64,000 nt of DNA from Octopus vulgaris (lineage: Eukaryota), in contig OX597833.1 in the NCBI GenBank assembly GCA_951406725.2, forward strand, positions 66,836,001 through 66,900,000. The letters are read 5' to 3'. The notes below the pieces were generated by a model, which saw only the letters and a program-made list of their open reading frames with translations, had not been told where the DNA came from and did not search any database. Position numbers and translations under genes: made by a program. Positions 26,304 to 40,075 of this stretch are shown piece by piece. Every line of letters starts with the position of its first letter. Position 1 is the stretch's first letter.

Positions 26304-26600
26304 GTGGCGGGGTGGTTGTGGAAGATTGTCCGTCACCTTCAGCGATGAGGATTCGGTGAAACTGTTCGACCAAATGAATCACATGCGCACTGCAAGTCGT
26401 TGAGTATTCCGCAGAAACACAAAGCTTGGCACATTGTGATGGGGCTGTAAATGAACTAGAAGGTACACCCACTCTGATGGGCTTCTCGACAGTTTCCATT
26501 CACACACGGTTAAAAACAGATGGATATTTTTGCAAGATACCGTAAGGTGGGATTGAACCTGAAGCCTAATGTTTTCTGAGCTCACTGAACTATTCTGCCA
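26304..26600 (-). mobile_element. Degenerate tRNA-SINE (family B-like head, tail shared with 40600-40855)
   Basis: Minus strand tggcagaatagtt..caggttcaatccc..ggaaactgtcgagaagccc..tctgcggaatactcaacgacttgca. Confidence 0.55.
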
Positions 26601-27034
26601 TACGGTTCCGGTATAGAAACACACATGCTGACGATGATATAACTGACCGAGACTTCGAAGTTACTGTCAAAATTATTCTTGTTTCAGAATAATAAATTTG
26701 TTCTGTACGAAAATATAGAGTAACAGATCAGATTAATGTAAATTGTTTTAATCAAACATTAACTTGACCCAACCGTGGCCGTGTGATAAGAAGCTTGCTT
26801 CCCAACTACGTGTTTCCGGGTTCAGTTTCACTGTGTGCCACTTTGGGAAGGTGACTTCTGTAGCGTCGGGCCACCAAATCGGGGGGACCATATCGACTGA
26901 ACCAATTAAAAGAAATCTCCCCGGAAAATTATATCCTTTCCACTATAGGCACAAGGCCTGAAATTTGAGGGGAGGGGGACAGCCGATACCTTGACCCCAA
27001 TATGCAACTGGTACTTCATTTTATAGAATCCACA

Positions 27035-27165
27035 TTTAGAACGTTTAAAGAAAAGGGAACCAGCATTGAAGACAAACTACGCGGTAGGAGTTCATCAGCT
27101 TCGACCAATCTCAAGAAACTCAAGGGAATCGTCGAACCGGCAGACGAGTCACAAAAGTGTGAGTT
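27035..27165 (+). pseudogene. Mariner transposase N-terminal (HTH/linker) fragment
   Basis: FRTFKEKGTSIEDKLRGRSSS resembles the mariner WFxxFKxGxxSxEDxxRSGRPS motif. Confidence 0.5.
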
Positions 27166-27359
27166 TCCGGTACAACTGAATTGTGGGAGAGTTAACTAAC
27201 GTATGTTGGTCGACAATATCTGTCTATCGGTCTCTATCTTCCTTTTTTCTCTTCAAGCATACGCACACAAACACACACACACACAAACACACTCACACAC
27301 ACTCAATCGAACAGCCATATTGAATGTGCCGATAAACATCACTTCTCAGTATAGAAAAT

Positions 27360-27684
27360 CGGAGACCCCTTCGGTCACGACACAGACCATGGGATTGCAC
27401 CTAGAAAGTTACCCTCCTAGACACAAGTCCGGGCAAGGTTGTTTATGGAAGACCAGCAGTCGCCCATGCATACCAGCCTCCCCTCTCCACGCCACCAGTG
27501 TTATCCAAGGGAAAGACAAAGGTCGATACAGCTTGGCACCAGTGACGTCGCAACTCATTTCTACAGCTGAGTGAATTGGAGCAACGTGAAATAAAGTGCC
27601 TTGCTCGAGAACACAACACGCAGCCCGGTCCGGGATTCGAGATCGTAAGCTCGACGCTCTAACCACTGAGCTATGCGCCTTCAA
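27360..27684 (-). mobile_element. tRNA-derived CORE-type SINE, near full length
   Basis: Minus strand gaaggcgcatagctcagtggttagagcg (A box)..tcgaatcccgg (B box)..gtgttgtgttctcgagcaaggcactttatttcacgttgctcca..ctcagctgtagaaatgag (CORE-like). Confidence 0.8.
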
Positions 27685-27742
27685 ACTAGTATAGAAAATA
27701 CTTTCATGTTTTATACAGATTGCCAAAAACACAAATTAATTT

Positions 27743-27982
27743 ATTTCGTTTTTGGATTTGGTTTGCAAGATTCTTTATATGAGTTCGAATGTTGAAGCAT
27801 ATTCTGTTGTGTCTGGGGAGGGTCATTCGCTTTTAGTGCCTTATAATTTAACACACTCACCGGTAAAGTTTCCGCTCATTTACTTATTTATTTTTCTAAA
27901 AGCATTTGCTCATTCATTTACCGGTGAGTGTGTTAAATTATAAGTCACTAAAAGAGAATGACTCTCCCCAGACACAACAGAA
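27743..27982. repeat. Foldback/MITE-like element with ~66-bp imperfect inverted repeat
   Basis: 27802-27867 is the reverse complement of 27917-27982 with a few mismatches; the left 60 bp recur at 30963-31022. Confidence 0.8.
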
Positions 27983-28165
27983 CAAATTACTTTCTTTACC
28001 ATTAAGAGTAAATCGTCAAAGAGCTCCGGGGAAATTCTCAAAACGGAAATATATGCGCCACACTAACAAAGATATCCTCATTTAAAACTTATTTCAATCT
28101 ACACACTGTATATTCATCATGGGATGTAGCTAGCCTCCAACACAAGGGAAAAAATCAATAATTAG

Positions 28166-28226
28166 GTATGTATGTATGTATGTATGTATGTATGTATGTA
28201 TGTATGTATGTATGTATGTATGTATG

Positions 28227-28261
<35 letters not shown>

Positions 28262-28272
28262 ATGTCTGTCTG

Positions 28273-28347
<75 letters not shown>

Positions 28348-28376
28348 GCCTTTCTATTTGTGTGTCTGTGTGTCTG

Positions 28377-28458
<82 letters not shown>

Positions 28459-28467
28459 GATCTATCT
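28166..28467. repeat. (TATG)n-(TATC)n compound microsatellite
   Basis: Directly visible. Confidence 0.95.
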
Positions 28468-29137
28468 GTAGTCTGTCTCATTTCTCTCTCTCTCTCTGTC
28501 TTTCAATCTGTCTATACATGCATATGTGTGTGAGGGGGTATATATATGTGTGAATGTGTATTTACATAAGTATTTACATAAGTATATATATAGATACATA
28601 CACACACATGTACATATATAAGTATATATATATATAAATACACACACACACATGTACGCACATACACATGCACCCACTCACGCATATATTATATATATAT
28701 ATATATATCTACACACACATATATATGCAGATGTTCTTATGTCTATGCATGCGTTTATATATATGTGCGTTTGTGCGTATGCGTGTGTGAGTGTGTGTAT
28801 GTGTGTGCAAAGAAAACTGGAATCTTTCCCAATGTCACTCTTCATATAAACGCTTCCGTCCATTTTCCGTTTCTTTGGTTGCTGGGATTGGCTGTTCCAT
28901 CAAATCGTTTGTCTCCCAGTAACAAATACCCAAATCTGATTGAGTTCAAAAGAATGCGTTTTGCACTTATTCTTCGCTGGCATCTCGTTATTTTCTCTAT
29001 TTTAGTGATTCCATCTGACATTATGTCTTTAAGAACCGACCGATCCTGCTATTTTTCAATTAGTCATTTTAGCAATCCGGTTACATTTAGCCGTAGATTC
29101 GGAACTTTTTCGTCGTTGCCCATCCTGTGTGTACGTA

Positions 29138-29460
29138 CGTATGTATGTATGTATGTATGTATGTATGTATGTATGTATGTATGTATGTATGTATGTATGT
29201 ATGTATGTATGTATGTATGTATGTATTTATGTATGTATGTATGTATGTATGTATTTATGTATGTATGTATGTATGTATGTATGTATGTATGTATTTATGT
29301 ATGTATGTATGTATGTATGTATTTATGTATGTATTTATGTATGTATGTATGTATGTATGTATGTATGTATGTATGTATTTATGTATGTATGTATTTATGT
29401 ATTTATGTATGTATGTATGTATGTATGTATGTATGTATGTATGTATGTACGTACGTATGT
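29138..29460. repeat. (TATG)n microsatellite with TATT interruptions
   Basis: Directly visible. Confidence 0.95.
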
Positions 29461-29560
29461 ATGAGTGTATGCTTGCATTTATGTATGCATGTATGTAGAT
29501 ATATATGTATGAGAGTATACATTTTCGGATGTAGATGTGTATGTGTGTATTTACATTTGC

Positions 29561-29694
<134 letters not shown>

Positions 29695-30067
29695 GTATTT
29701 GCATATAAATTTCGGAGAGGAGTATATTTGTGTATAAATGTATTCATGTATGCGTGAAGCTGTATAGATATATGTGTATATATGTTTGTATATAGATATA
29801 TGTGTGTATGTAAGTATGTGTGTGTGTGTATGTATTGTTGGATGCAATTAGTATGTGTCTATATACATATGCACATATATACATATTCTTATATATACAT
29901 TTATATATCGATTTATTGATCGATGTATTTGTGTGAGTTTGTGTGTGTGTTTATGTGTGTGCGTGTTGAGGCAGAAGCTGCTCCCAGTGGCTTTTCAGAG
30001 CTGTGATACCGTCTTTGGTTCAAGAATCTTGACAATACATCTCCATACTTGCATACATTGATTCGTG

Positions 30068-30114
<47 letters not shown>

Positions 30115-30551
30115 CCTCTCACGCTTATATGCCAAGGACCATGACTTGATCGATAAAGTGTTGCATTTACGACCATAAAACCGCAGGTTCTATTTCCATA
30201 CAGGTCAGTGAATTGTGCAGAATATTTCATTTAAAGTTTTCCATTCGACTCAGCTGTAAATGGCTGATCCTGGGACGGATTGATACTTCGTACAGAAAAT
30301 GGTATCATTCGAAAGTTACAACGATGAGAGGAAATACTTGGTGATCGATAGTGTATAACATCTGATAGTCAGGTCGATACATACATACATATGATTGGCT
30401 TGAAAAATTGTTAAGACACTAGAATATTTTTCTAATATTCTTAACATAAAACCAATGGTAGCCTCAATTCAGAAATAAAGAAATTATATATCCACCTAAG
30501 TACTATTTCAGAATATCTCTCGTTGTCAGATTTTAAAATAGTAATTTTCTA

Positions 30552-30581
<30 letters not shown>

Positions 30582-30584
<3 letters not shown>

Positions 30585-30712
30585 AGGAATTCATGAAAAA
30601 CAAAAGTCGAAGACAGGTGGAGTAGAAAACAAACAGATGTATTAGTATAACGCTCAAGAATTGAAAAAGTCTTTAACGTTTCGAGCCTACGCTCTTCCAC
30701 AGAAAGGAACAC
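30582..30712 (-). mobile_element. Family C copy with hammerhead-like motif (30671-30706)
   Basis: Minus strand CTTT-CTGTGGA-A-GAGC-GTAG-GCTC-GAA-ACGT-T-AAAG; 3' end abuts (TA)n. Confidence 0.7.
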
Positions 30713-31032
30713 ATTTTTTATCTATTTGTGTCGGGTAAGAGCGCTGCTTGTAAATCACGGTCGTTGTTTCCCTTCTGCCCATGGGAATTTGAAGAATTAC
30801 AAAAATACTATGTTGATGTTGAAATTCCAATAAGAGACCTTGGATCTAAGTTAGAAAATGGCTCTTTCTCTAACGGAAAGATGTAAAACCGAATAATGAC
30901 ATACGTATATACATGCATAAATTACATACATACAGATAATTTTATATATATATATATACATATATTTCGTTTTTGGATTTGGCTTGCAAGATTCTTTATA
31001 TGAGTTCTTGTGTTGAAGCATATATATATACT

Positions 31033-31248
31033 CTCTTTACTCTTTACTCTTTTACTTGTTTCAGTCATTTGACTGCGGCCATGCTGGAGCACCGCCTTTA
31101 GTCGAGCAAATCGACCCCGGGACTTATTCTTTGTAAGCTCAGTACTTATTCTATCGGTCTCCTTTTGCCGAACCGCTAAGTAACGGGGACATAAACACAC
31201 CAGCATCGGTTGTCAAGCAATGCTAGGGGGACAAACACAGACACACAA

Positions 31249-31291
<43 letters not shown>

Positions 31292-31445
31292 ATTATATAC
31301 GACAGGCTTCTTTCAGTTTCCGTCTACCAAATCCACTCACAAGGCATTGGTCGGCCCGGGGCTATAGCAGAAGACACTTGCCCAAGATGCCACGCAGTGG
31401 GACTGAACCCGGAACCATGTGGTTGGTTAGCAAGCTACTTACCAC
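31033..31445 (-). mobile_element. Family B SINE, young, nearly full length
   Basis: Nearly identical to 52546-52999 outside the internal microsatellite; short (AAAGAGT)-type tail repeats. Confidence 0.9.
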
Positions 31446-32145
31446 AAAGATACATAGATAGATAGATTAAGATATATTTATTCCTGTATATATATTTACA
31501 GGTGGAAGGAACATAATTTTAGATACTTGAGAATTTTAACATATAATCCTGGATTTACAAAATTTTGTTTCGCACGATTCTTTCTTCCAGCCGTTGAACA
31601 AGGACACGAATGCGCATATAATTTTATAAATGTGTGACCGCTAGAAACAAGATATCATATCCAGAGAGAATAGAAAGGATTTATTTCGAAATATATAACA
31701 TGTGTTTTAGTTTCTAGTCTCTTATCGCTAAAGTAATCCTGGTGTTTTTGTTTATTATATGTTTTTACTTGGATCTGAATTTATTCATCTTCATGAAGCA
31801 ATCTGCAAAAAGAAAAGGATTTGCAATCCGATGAAATATGGTAGTTACATTAGCTTCATATATTTGTTTCTACAATCGATAAAAGTATACACAGATATAT
31901 ATATACATATATATACGTGTTTATTCACACACACAAGCTCGCATGCGCACGCACAGGCACATGATCACACATACATATACACACACATATATTTACATCA
32001 TAAGCACAAGCTGTATATTTTGATACGTATAAAAATACACAGGCAAACGTCCGTAAAACATTCGTGTACAAGGAATGTATTTATACTCTTATGCTTGTAT
32101 GCGTTTGCATTTAACCAGCTTTTTGCCAGGGCATAATTTGAACAC

Positions 32146-32235
<90 letters not shown>

Positions 32236-32383
32236 TTATCTGTCTGTCTGTCTGTATGTCTGTCTGTCTGTCTGGCCGTCTGTCTGTCTGTCTGTTAATC
32301 CATCCGTCCTTCCATCCATCCATCCATCCATCCATCCATCCACCCATCTGTCTATCCAGGTATCTATCAAGATATATATATAC

Positions 32384-32434
<51 letters not shown>

Positions 32435-32436
32435 TG

Positions 32437-32485
<49 letters not shown>

Positions 32486-32564
32486 GCAATTATGCCGATT
32501 GACAAATTAGATACATTAAATGTTTTGAATAAATTAGATATTCGAATAATTGCTTCTATATTCG

Positions 32565-32772
32565 CTGTCTGTGTTTGCTCCCCTGCCATCGCTTGACAAC
32601 CAGTGTTAGTGTGTTTACGCCCCTGTAAGTTAGCGGTTTTCAACAAAAGAGTCCGATAGAATAAGTACCAGTCTTACAAAGAATAAGTGCTTGGGTCGAT
32701 TTCTTCGACTAAAAGGCGGTGCTCCAATCTGGCCACATTCAAAATGACGGAAATAAATAAAAAAGAATAAAA
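32565..32772 (+). mobile_element. Family B SINE 3' half
   Basis: gcttgacaaccagtg..ttagcggtt..cgatagaataagtacc..ttacaaagaataagt..ggcggtgctcca. Confidence 0.8.
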
Positions 32773-33955
32773 AGGAAGCATAAAACCTCACTATAGCTAA
32801 AAATATACTCCTACAGAATTATAGGATGGGAAAATGATAGAACCTCTTAACTGACTGTGTCATAGACTGATGACCGCTTCTCAGTGGAAGACGTGTCTTT
32901 TCACGATTAATAGCAGAGATCAGCAGTTTACAAAATAGGAATCACAAATGATTAGCTCAATTTGCATAATTTAGCGTTTGGTGGTTCATCATTAATTATT
33001 CAATATGTAGTTATTTATTCAGGAGCGTTGGTCATCGGTGTCTCGTCATTTTTGTGAGTTATCCGTGTTGACAAGTCGTTCGATATATCTTAACGGAATG
33101 GATCACGTGACAGAATAAAATATCTTATTGTTGTTACTGATATTCTTTGAGGAAAAATGTTCTCCAAAATTATGTTAGCATTGATTCCGTTTTCAATTTA
33201 GGTAGTGAAAACCTTTGTTTTGGATGTCTTTTGGTACTGCTTCTATAAATAGAACACAATAGAACACAATTAGTCCGGACAAAAGGACTGCTTTTAGTTG
33301 TTTTAAAATATCACGTTGCTACGTTTTTCAAGTGACAACAAGAGTAGCTTTAAGTGTAATTTTTATTTGTTATTTTCTGTTTTTTTTTCTTGATATTTAA
33401 TGCACCTCATGAACTTTGAGAAAGCTCTTTTGAAGAGGCTTATTTAGTGACAAAAAATCAAAGTCGTTTTTAACTAGTTTTGAAAGCTTCTCTTATAATG
33501 AAATTAATTTTGCCAAATCATAGAGTGGATTAACATTAAAGCCCTTCAAAACTCACAATTACAAACATAATTACACTTTCTGCCAGCAAAATAGAGATTT
33601 AGCTACAAAGTAATGGCTTCTCTACGACTACTTCATTGACATTGGAATTGCTTTATGTTTCTGCAATCGAATAAAACCGAGGGCGAACGTCCTCGTTTTT
33701 GACATCGATTTATGCTCCCAGGCACCATAAATATAATTGCACCGAGTTTCTGGAGTTGGAAAATGCTACCTATATTCTAACTATAGTTAGGAATTTGAAC
33801 TCAAAAACAAAACTGCACGTAATTAGGGGTTTCCGCCTGGCTAATAGAAAACTAAATATCTAATAAATTTTGAAAGCATATATATATATATATATGCATA
33901 TAAATACACACACATATACATAAGTTGTAAGTGTATGCATGTATGTGTCTGTGTG

Positions 33956-34036
<81 letters not shown>

Positions 34037-34229
34037 GTCAATCTCTATTTTTACGTATAGACATTCCCGTCTCTTCCGTACATGTTTGTTTAAAAATAAA
34101 TTGTTTCGCATAGCTATTTCCATTTAACATCTCGACTGCATTCCGTTTTTTTTGCTTGCATTATGTGATCGATATAAGCATGCACACACATACACACATA
34201 CACAGACACACAGACACACACACATACAC

Positions 34230-34273
<44 letters not shown>

Positions 34274-34727
34274 ATATGTATATGTTTATATAAATGTATA
34301 TATGTATCTATATATATAAATATGTATATAGGTATATATATGCATCAATATATACATATGTATATATATATATATATAATTGTGTATATATAAATATATA
34401 TATATACATACATATATATAATTATATATATATATATACATACATACATATAATTACATATATACACAGATACATATACACGCTAGACGCATCTATGTGC
34501 ATAAAATATGCCATGTTTTGCAAACAGATTAACAAACTAAAATGCACAAGTAATTTGATTTATGATTTAGATTTGCAGTCTTACGTTTTGTCTTGGTCGC
34601 TTCTTAACATATTCCTGCGTTGTCTGGCGGCCATGTTTTCTGAAATTTGTATTAATCTGAACTTTACAACTAAGTCTTTAATACACTGTCAACACAGAAA
34701 TACTGACGTACGTATAAACGCAAATGT

Positions 34728-34829
<102 letters not shown>

Positions 34830-34947
34830 ATATACTCCGTGGTTTATAGATATGCATAAATCTTAGGGCCCTTACCGAAGAAGCACGGATAGGAAATTAA
34901 TTTATTTGCACATTAACGCAAAAACTTGAGGATAAGGGTAACTATAG

Positions 34948-35041
<94 letters not shown>

Positions 35042-35045
35042 ATAT

Positions 35046-35211
35046 ATAAAGTTAATCCAAACAAGAAAGCACAAAAAACACAACGCGAGGACGTGGAACA
35101 AATAAAGTATTAATGGACGCTCAGGAAAGAAGGAAAGAAGGAGGGTTTAACGTTTCGAGCGGAGCTCTTCGTCGGAACATAGGAGAATGAAAGATCCAGA
35201 GAAGGGAAGAC
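35046..35211 (-). mobile_element. Divergent family C subfamily with hammerhead-like motif (35145-35178)
   Basis: Minus strand GTT-CCGACGA-A-GAGC-TCC-GCTC-GAA-ACGT-T-AAAC; shares gtggaa..tatta..cgctcagga with the other copies; TA tracts on both sides. Confidence 0.65.
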
Positions 35212-35250
35212 ATATATATGTATATATGTATATATATATGTATATATATT

Positions 35251-35323
<73 letters not shown>

Positions 35324-35324
35324 T

Positions 35325-35791
35325 AGGCTTCTTTTATAGGTTAAAATAGAAGAGACCTTCCAGTGTTCAGTGAGATTGAAACCGGAAACATGTTGGTAAA
35401 GAAGTTTCTTACCAAACTACCACTCGGAGCCAACGTTGCCAGCAACTACAGGAATCTTCTCCTTCTCTATAGGCTCGGACCAACCAAAGTTTTGTGAGAG
35501 GCTTTGGTAGATGGAAACTGAAAAGAAGCCCGTCGTATATACATATATGTATATATTCACATATGTGTGGTTTTGTATTTGAGTTTGTGCCACCACCATC
35601 GCCTGACAACCGATGCTGGTGTCTTCATGTCCCCGTTACCTAGCGGTTCGGCAAAATAAACCGATAGAAAAAGTACTAGGTTTACAAACAATAAGCCCCA
35701 GCGTCAATTTCTTTGACAAAACCCCTTAACTCTTTAAGCCGGTGCTCCTGCATGGCCACAGTCAAATAACTGAAACTAGTAAGATATTAAA

Positions 35792-35795
<4 letters not shown>
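35325..35795. mobile_element. Family B SINE remnants (minus-strand head fragment, then plus-strand body)
   Basis: ggtagatggaaactgaaaagaagcccgtcgtata..tgacaaccgatgctgg..agcggttcggcaaaa..catggccacagtcaaata. Confidence 0.75.
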
Positions 35796-35847
<52 letters not shown>

Positions 35848-35877
35848 TATACATACATACATACATATATATATATA

Positions 35878-35985
<108 letters not shown>

Positions 35986-36320
35986 CGCACTCACACACAT
36001 ACACACACATATATACGCACACACATTTACACAAAGATACAAACACACGCACCCATACACTGACATATCATACTTGTAATTATATTCTAATCAACGACCT
36101 GAAGCTACGCCGGGACCCGATTCAGGGTTCCAACCAACTGGATCTCAAAACACAGTACACATGTTTTTCAAGTCCGCTACAGAGTTTATCGATTTCCGTA
36201 CGTGTAAAACCGCTTGTTAAACTGTTTAAATAAGAAACTGTGTTAACTAAAACGAAAACACAGACGTCGACATGCGAAGACATAGACACTCCCATCCTCA
36301 CATTTACATATTCACTTTAG

Positions 36321-36356
<36 letters not shown>

Positions 36357-36442
36357 CAAACACATATCTTACAGACATTCTGACTTAAATTGTACATCTT
36401 GCGAGCAAATTATGTATGTATGTATATATGTATGTATATAGG

Positions 36443-36488
<46 letters not shown>

Positions 36489-36582
36489 AATACATGTATG
36501 TAGCTGAATGCACATATGTACATACATATACGTACATACATACATACATACATACATACATGCATACATGCATATATATATG

Positions 36583-36614
<32 letters not shown>

Positions 36615-36638
36615 CATAATTATATACATATATGTATG

Positions 36639-36682
<44 letters not shown>

Positions 36683-36726
36683 GACGTACCTGTATGTGTA
36701 TACTTATATATATATATATGTAGCTG

Positions 36727-36798
<72 letters not shown>

Positions 36799-37330
36799 AC
36801 TCACTATCAATCTGTACAGGTGTGTGTGCATGTGTGTATGTGTGTGTGTGTGTGTGTAGACATACGTATATTTATAGATGCAGACACGTTCACACATGTT
36901 GACGAACGTGTAAATCAAGATTATGTTTCTATAAAACAATCAAGAAATTTACAAATATACATTCATGTTTCTAAAAAGTTTTGTTTTCAATTATTCAAAC
37001 GGGGAGCAGACAAGAATTACTTTACAAGTCCTACGCGATGTCAGTGAATCAGCTAACAGCCGCCATTTTTGAAATGAAAGCTGTTAGCTTGATGACGTTT
37101 TTGGATAGACATGTTTTAAGTGCAGACTATAAACAGTGTAAACAAGAACGAAATCTCTCTTCTTCCGTTTTCACCTCTACATCTGTCTCTCCCCCTCTCT
37201 CTCTCTCTGTCTCTCCCATGCACACACGTTCTATATCTATGTAACTCTTTCTCTGTCTCGTCTCTATCTCTGTCTCTCTCTGTCTCCCTCTATGTATATG
37301 TTTCTATACGTGTGAATTGAAATATCTCAC

Positions 37331-37368
<38 letters not shown>

Positions 37369-37390
37369 CGTGTGTGTGTATGTGTGTGTG

Positions 37391-37745
37391 TACAGCATTT
37401 GTTTAAGGACCATGCTATCCTTCTTTCTAATAAGGTGTCCTGTCGAACGTAACCGGTGCCTGTGCTCCATCGCCCCAATACTCAAGATCTCGGCTTTCCT
37501 CAGGACATAGGTATCTGGAGTTTTTAAGGTCCAGCCAACATTCAGAATGTGTCTCAGGCATCTCTAACGAAAGAGTTCAAGGACATTTGCATAACGTTTG
37601 CAAAGCGTCCATGTGACACCTGAGTAAAGGAGCGATGGGGAAGCAGTCAGTGGAAAAAGACGCCGGCAGAATCCATGGCAGCGATTTAAGGATTATGTCA
37701 AGTCCACATTAAAAGCCTGTGATGCGCAAGAAACCGACTGGGACA
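37391..37745 (+). mobile_element. RTE-clade LINE 3' fragment with inverted 5' segment
   Basis: Minus 37635->37391: PSLLYSGVTWTL...RCLRHILNVGW...VLRKAEILSI...LRSTGHLIRKKDSMVLKQMLY; plus from 37636: GEAVSGKRRRQNPWQRFKDYVKSTLKAC; matches the RTE/BovB post-RT consensus pattern. Confidence 0.85.
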
Positions 37746-37747
37746 GG

Positions 37748-38200
37748 AATGCCATCTTGTTTAGGACAGGTATAATTACCAACACAGGAACATCTATCAT
37801 ACATCAAAATGAAGCTGGTCCTCTGTGGATCACATCGCTACTTCTCAACATTGTATGTATGTCAAAACGTAATGCAATTTTGTTTAGGACATGTATAATT
37901 ACCAACACAGGAACATCTATCATACATCAAAATGAATCTGGTCCTTTGTGGATCACATCCCTACTTCTCAACATAGTTAAACGTTTCTCTTAATAGCAAT
38001 GTTCCACCTTCGAATGAGAGTATGTATCCCTGCCCCGTAAAATTCTTGTTGACTGTTCTTTGAGACACTTCTTCACTACAGTTTTCACTTCCTCGTCACT
38101 TGAATAACTGTTTGCCTTTCAAACCCTCTTTCATGGGGCCGAAGAGATGATAGTCCAGTGACGCTGATACACGCTTCTGCATCAAATACCACTGGAACAC
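37748..38200 (-). mobile_element. Mariner transposase C-terminal remnant and duplicated subterminal region
   Basis: Minus 38155->37961: DYHLFGPMKEGLKGKQ..SDEEVKTVVKKCLKEQST..YGAGIHTLIRRWNIAIKRN..YVEK* (frameshifted); 123-bp-period duplication at 37748/37871. Confidence 0.85.
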
Positions 38201-38326
38201 TTATATAACAGAAACACTTGTCGGAGTGGAAGAATTAGATGAACATAACACTTTAACAAATACATTTTGAAGTTGTATATTTCTCGATACTTCTTTATAA
38301 TGCATCATATGTATATATATACACAT

Positions 38327-38398
<72 letters not shown>

Positions 38399-38652
38399 GT
38401 GTAATGCACTTGCTATTAAACATATCCATACGTCTTTTATGAATTTCTAAACATTCCATGGGAAGCAGGAAATAAATCTCCTTTTCAATTGGTGTGTGAA
38501 TATATTTTATGAATATATGATCATAAGTCGAAATAACTTTATTTTATAGCGGAGATATGAAAAACAAAGTAAATTCTGTGTTCTAAACTTGTTAAAACAT
38601 CTGAGTACTAAATTCCAGTCCAGCGTGTCTGACACGTTCTTTGATCTTACGC

Positions 38653-38721
<69 letters not shown>

Positions 38722-39069
38722 GCATATACTTGTATATATATGTATATATATGTATATATATATATATATATACACACACATATGTGTGTGTGTCTATGTA
38801 TATTTGTATTTATTTACACACTTCCAAAGGAATGTTGTATTAACCAGTTTTATATCCTCAGTACTAAAGCATAAACAAATACATTCAATATATATAGGTA
38901 TATGTGTGTGTAAGTATGTGTGTGTGTATGTGTGTGTGTGTGTGTGTGTGGAAGTGTGCGTGTGCGAGTAAGCGTTGTGCACGCAAACGTATTGCTGTTT
39001 TTGCTTACGTATTTATGTACAACGTTTATACAAACCTGTATATATATACACACATAGCGACAAACACTC

Positions 39070-39113
<44 letters not shown>

Positions 39114-39120
39114 ATATATT

Positions 39121-39155
<35 letters not shown>

Positions 39156-39342
39156 TTATATGTGTGTATATATGTATATGTATATATATGAAATATATAT
39201 ATACACACACACATATGCATGTGTGTATATGACTATATAGTATAGTGACTTCTAACAGAAAGTTATTTTGAACGTTTTTATTTTTACTTCAAAATATAAA
39301 TATTCCCTGAATATATTCGGGCTTGTGTATGCGTGTGCGTCT

Positions 39343-39388
<46 letters not shown>

Positions 39389-39394
39389 ATAACG

Positions 39395-39431
<37 letters not shown>

Positions 39432-39439
39432 ATTCTCTT

Positions 39440-39845
39440 ATTATTCTTTTACTTGTTTGAGTCATTTGACTGCTACCATACTGGAATACCGCCTTTAATC
39501 GATCAAGTCGACGCCAGGATTTATTCTTTGTAAGCTAAGTACTTTTTCTAGCGACCCCTTTTTTGCAACCGCTAAGTTACGGGTATGTAAGCACACCAAC
39601 ATTTGTTGTCAAGTGATGGTCAAGGGGACAAACACAAATGCACAAACATATAGAAATATATATATATGTATATATATATACGACAGGATTCTTTCAGTTT
39701 CCCTTTACGAAATTCACTCAGACGGCTGTGGTGGGCCTGAGGCTATAACAGAAAGGATTTTCCGAATGTACCATGCAGTGGTACTGGAACCGGAACCTTG
39801 TGGTTGGGAAGCAAGTTTCTTACCACACAGCCACGCCTGCGCCTA
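39440..39845 (-). mobile_element. Family B SINE, older full-length copy
   Basis: Collinear with 52546-52999 from tail (tcttttacttgttt) to head (cacacagccacgcctgcgcc). Confidence 0.8.
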
Positions 39846-39851
39846 CGTATG

Positions 39852-39883
<32 letters not shown>

Positions 39884-39905
39884 TGTATGTATGTATGTAT
39901 GTATG

Positions 39906-39975
<70 letters not shown>

Positions 39976-40026
39976 TATACGTATATATGTATATATATAT
40001 ATATATATACATGTATATATATACAT

Positions 40027-40075
<49 letters not shown>

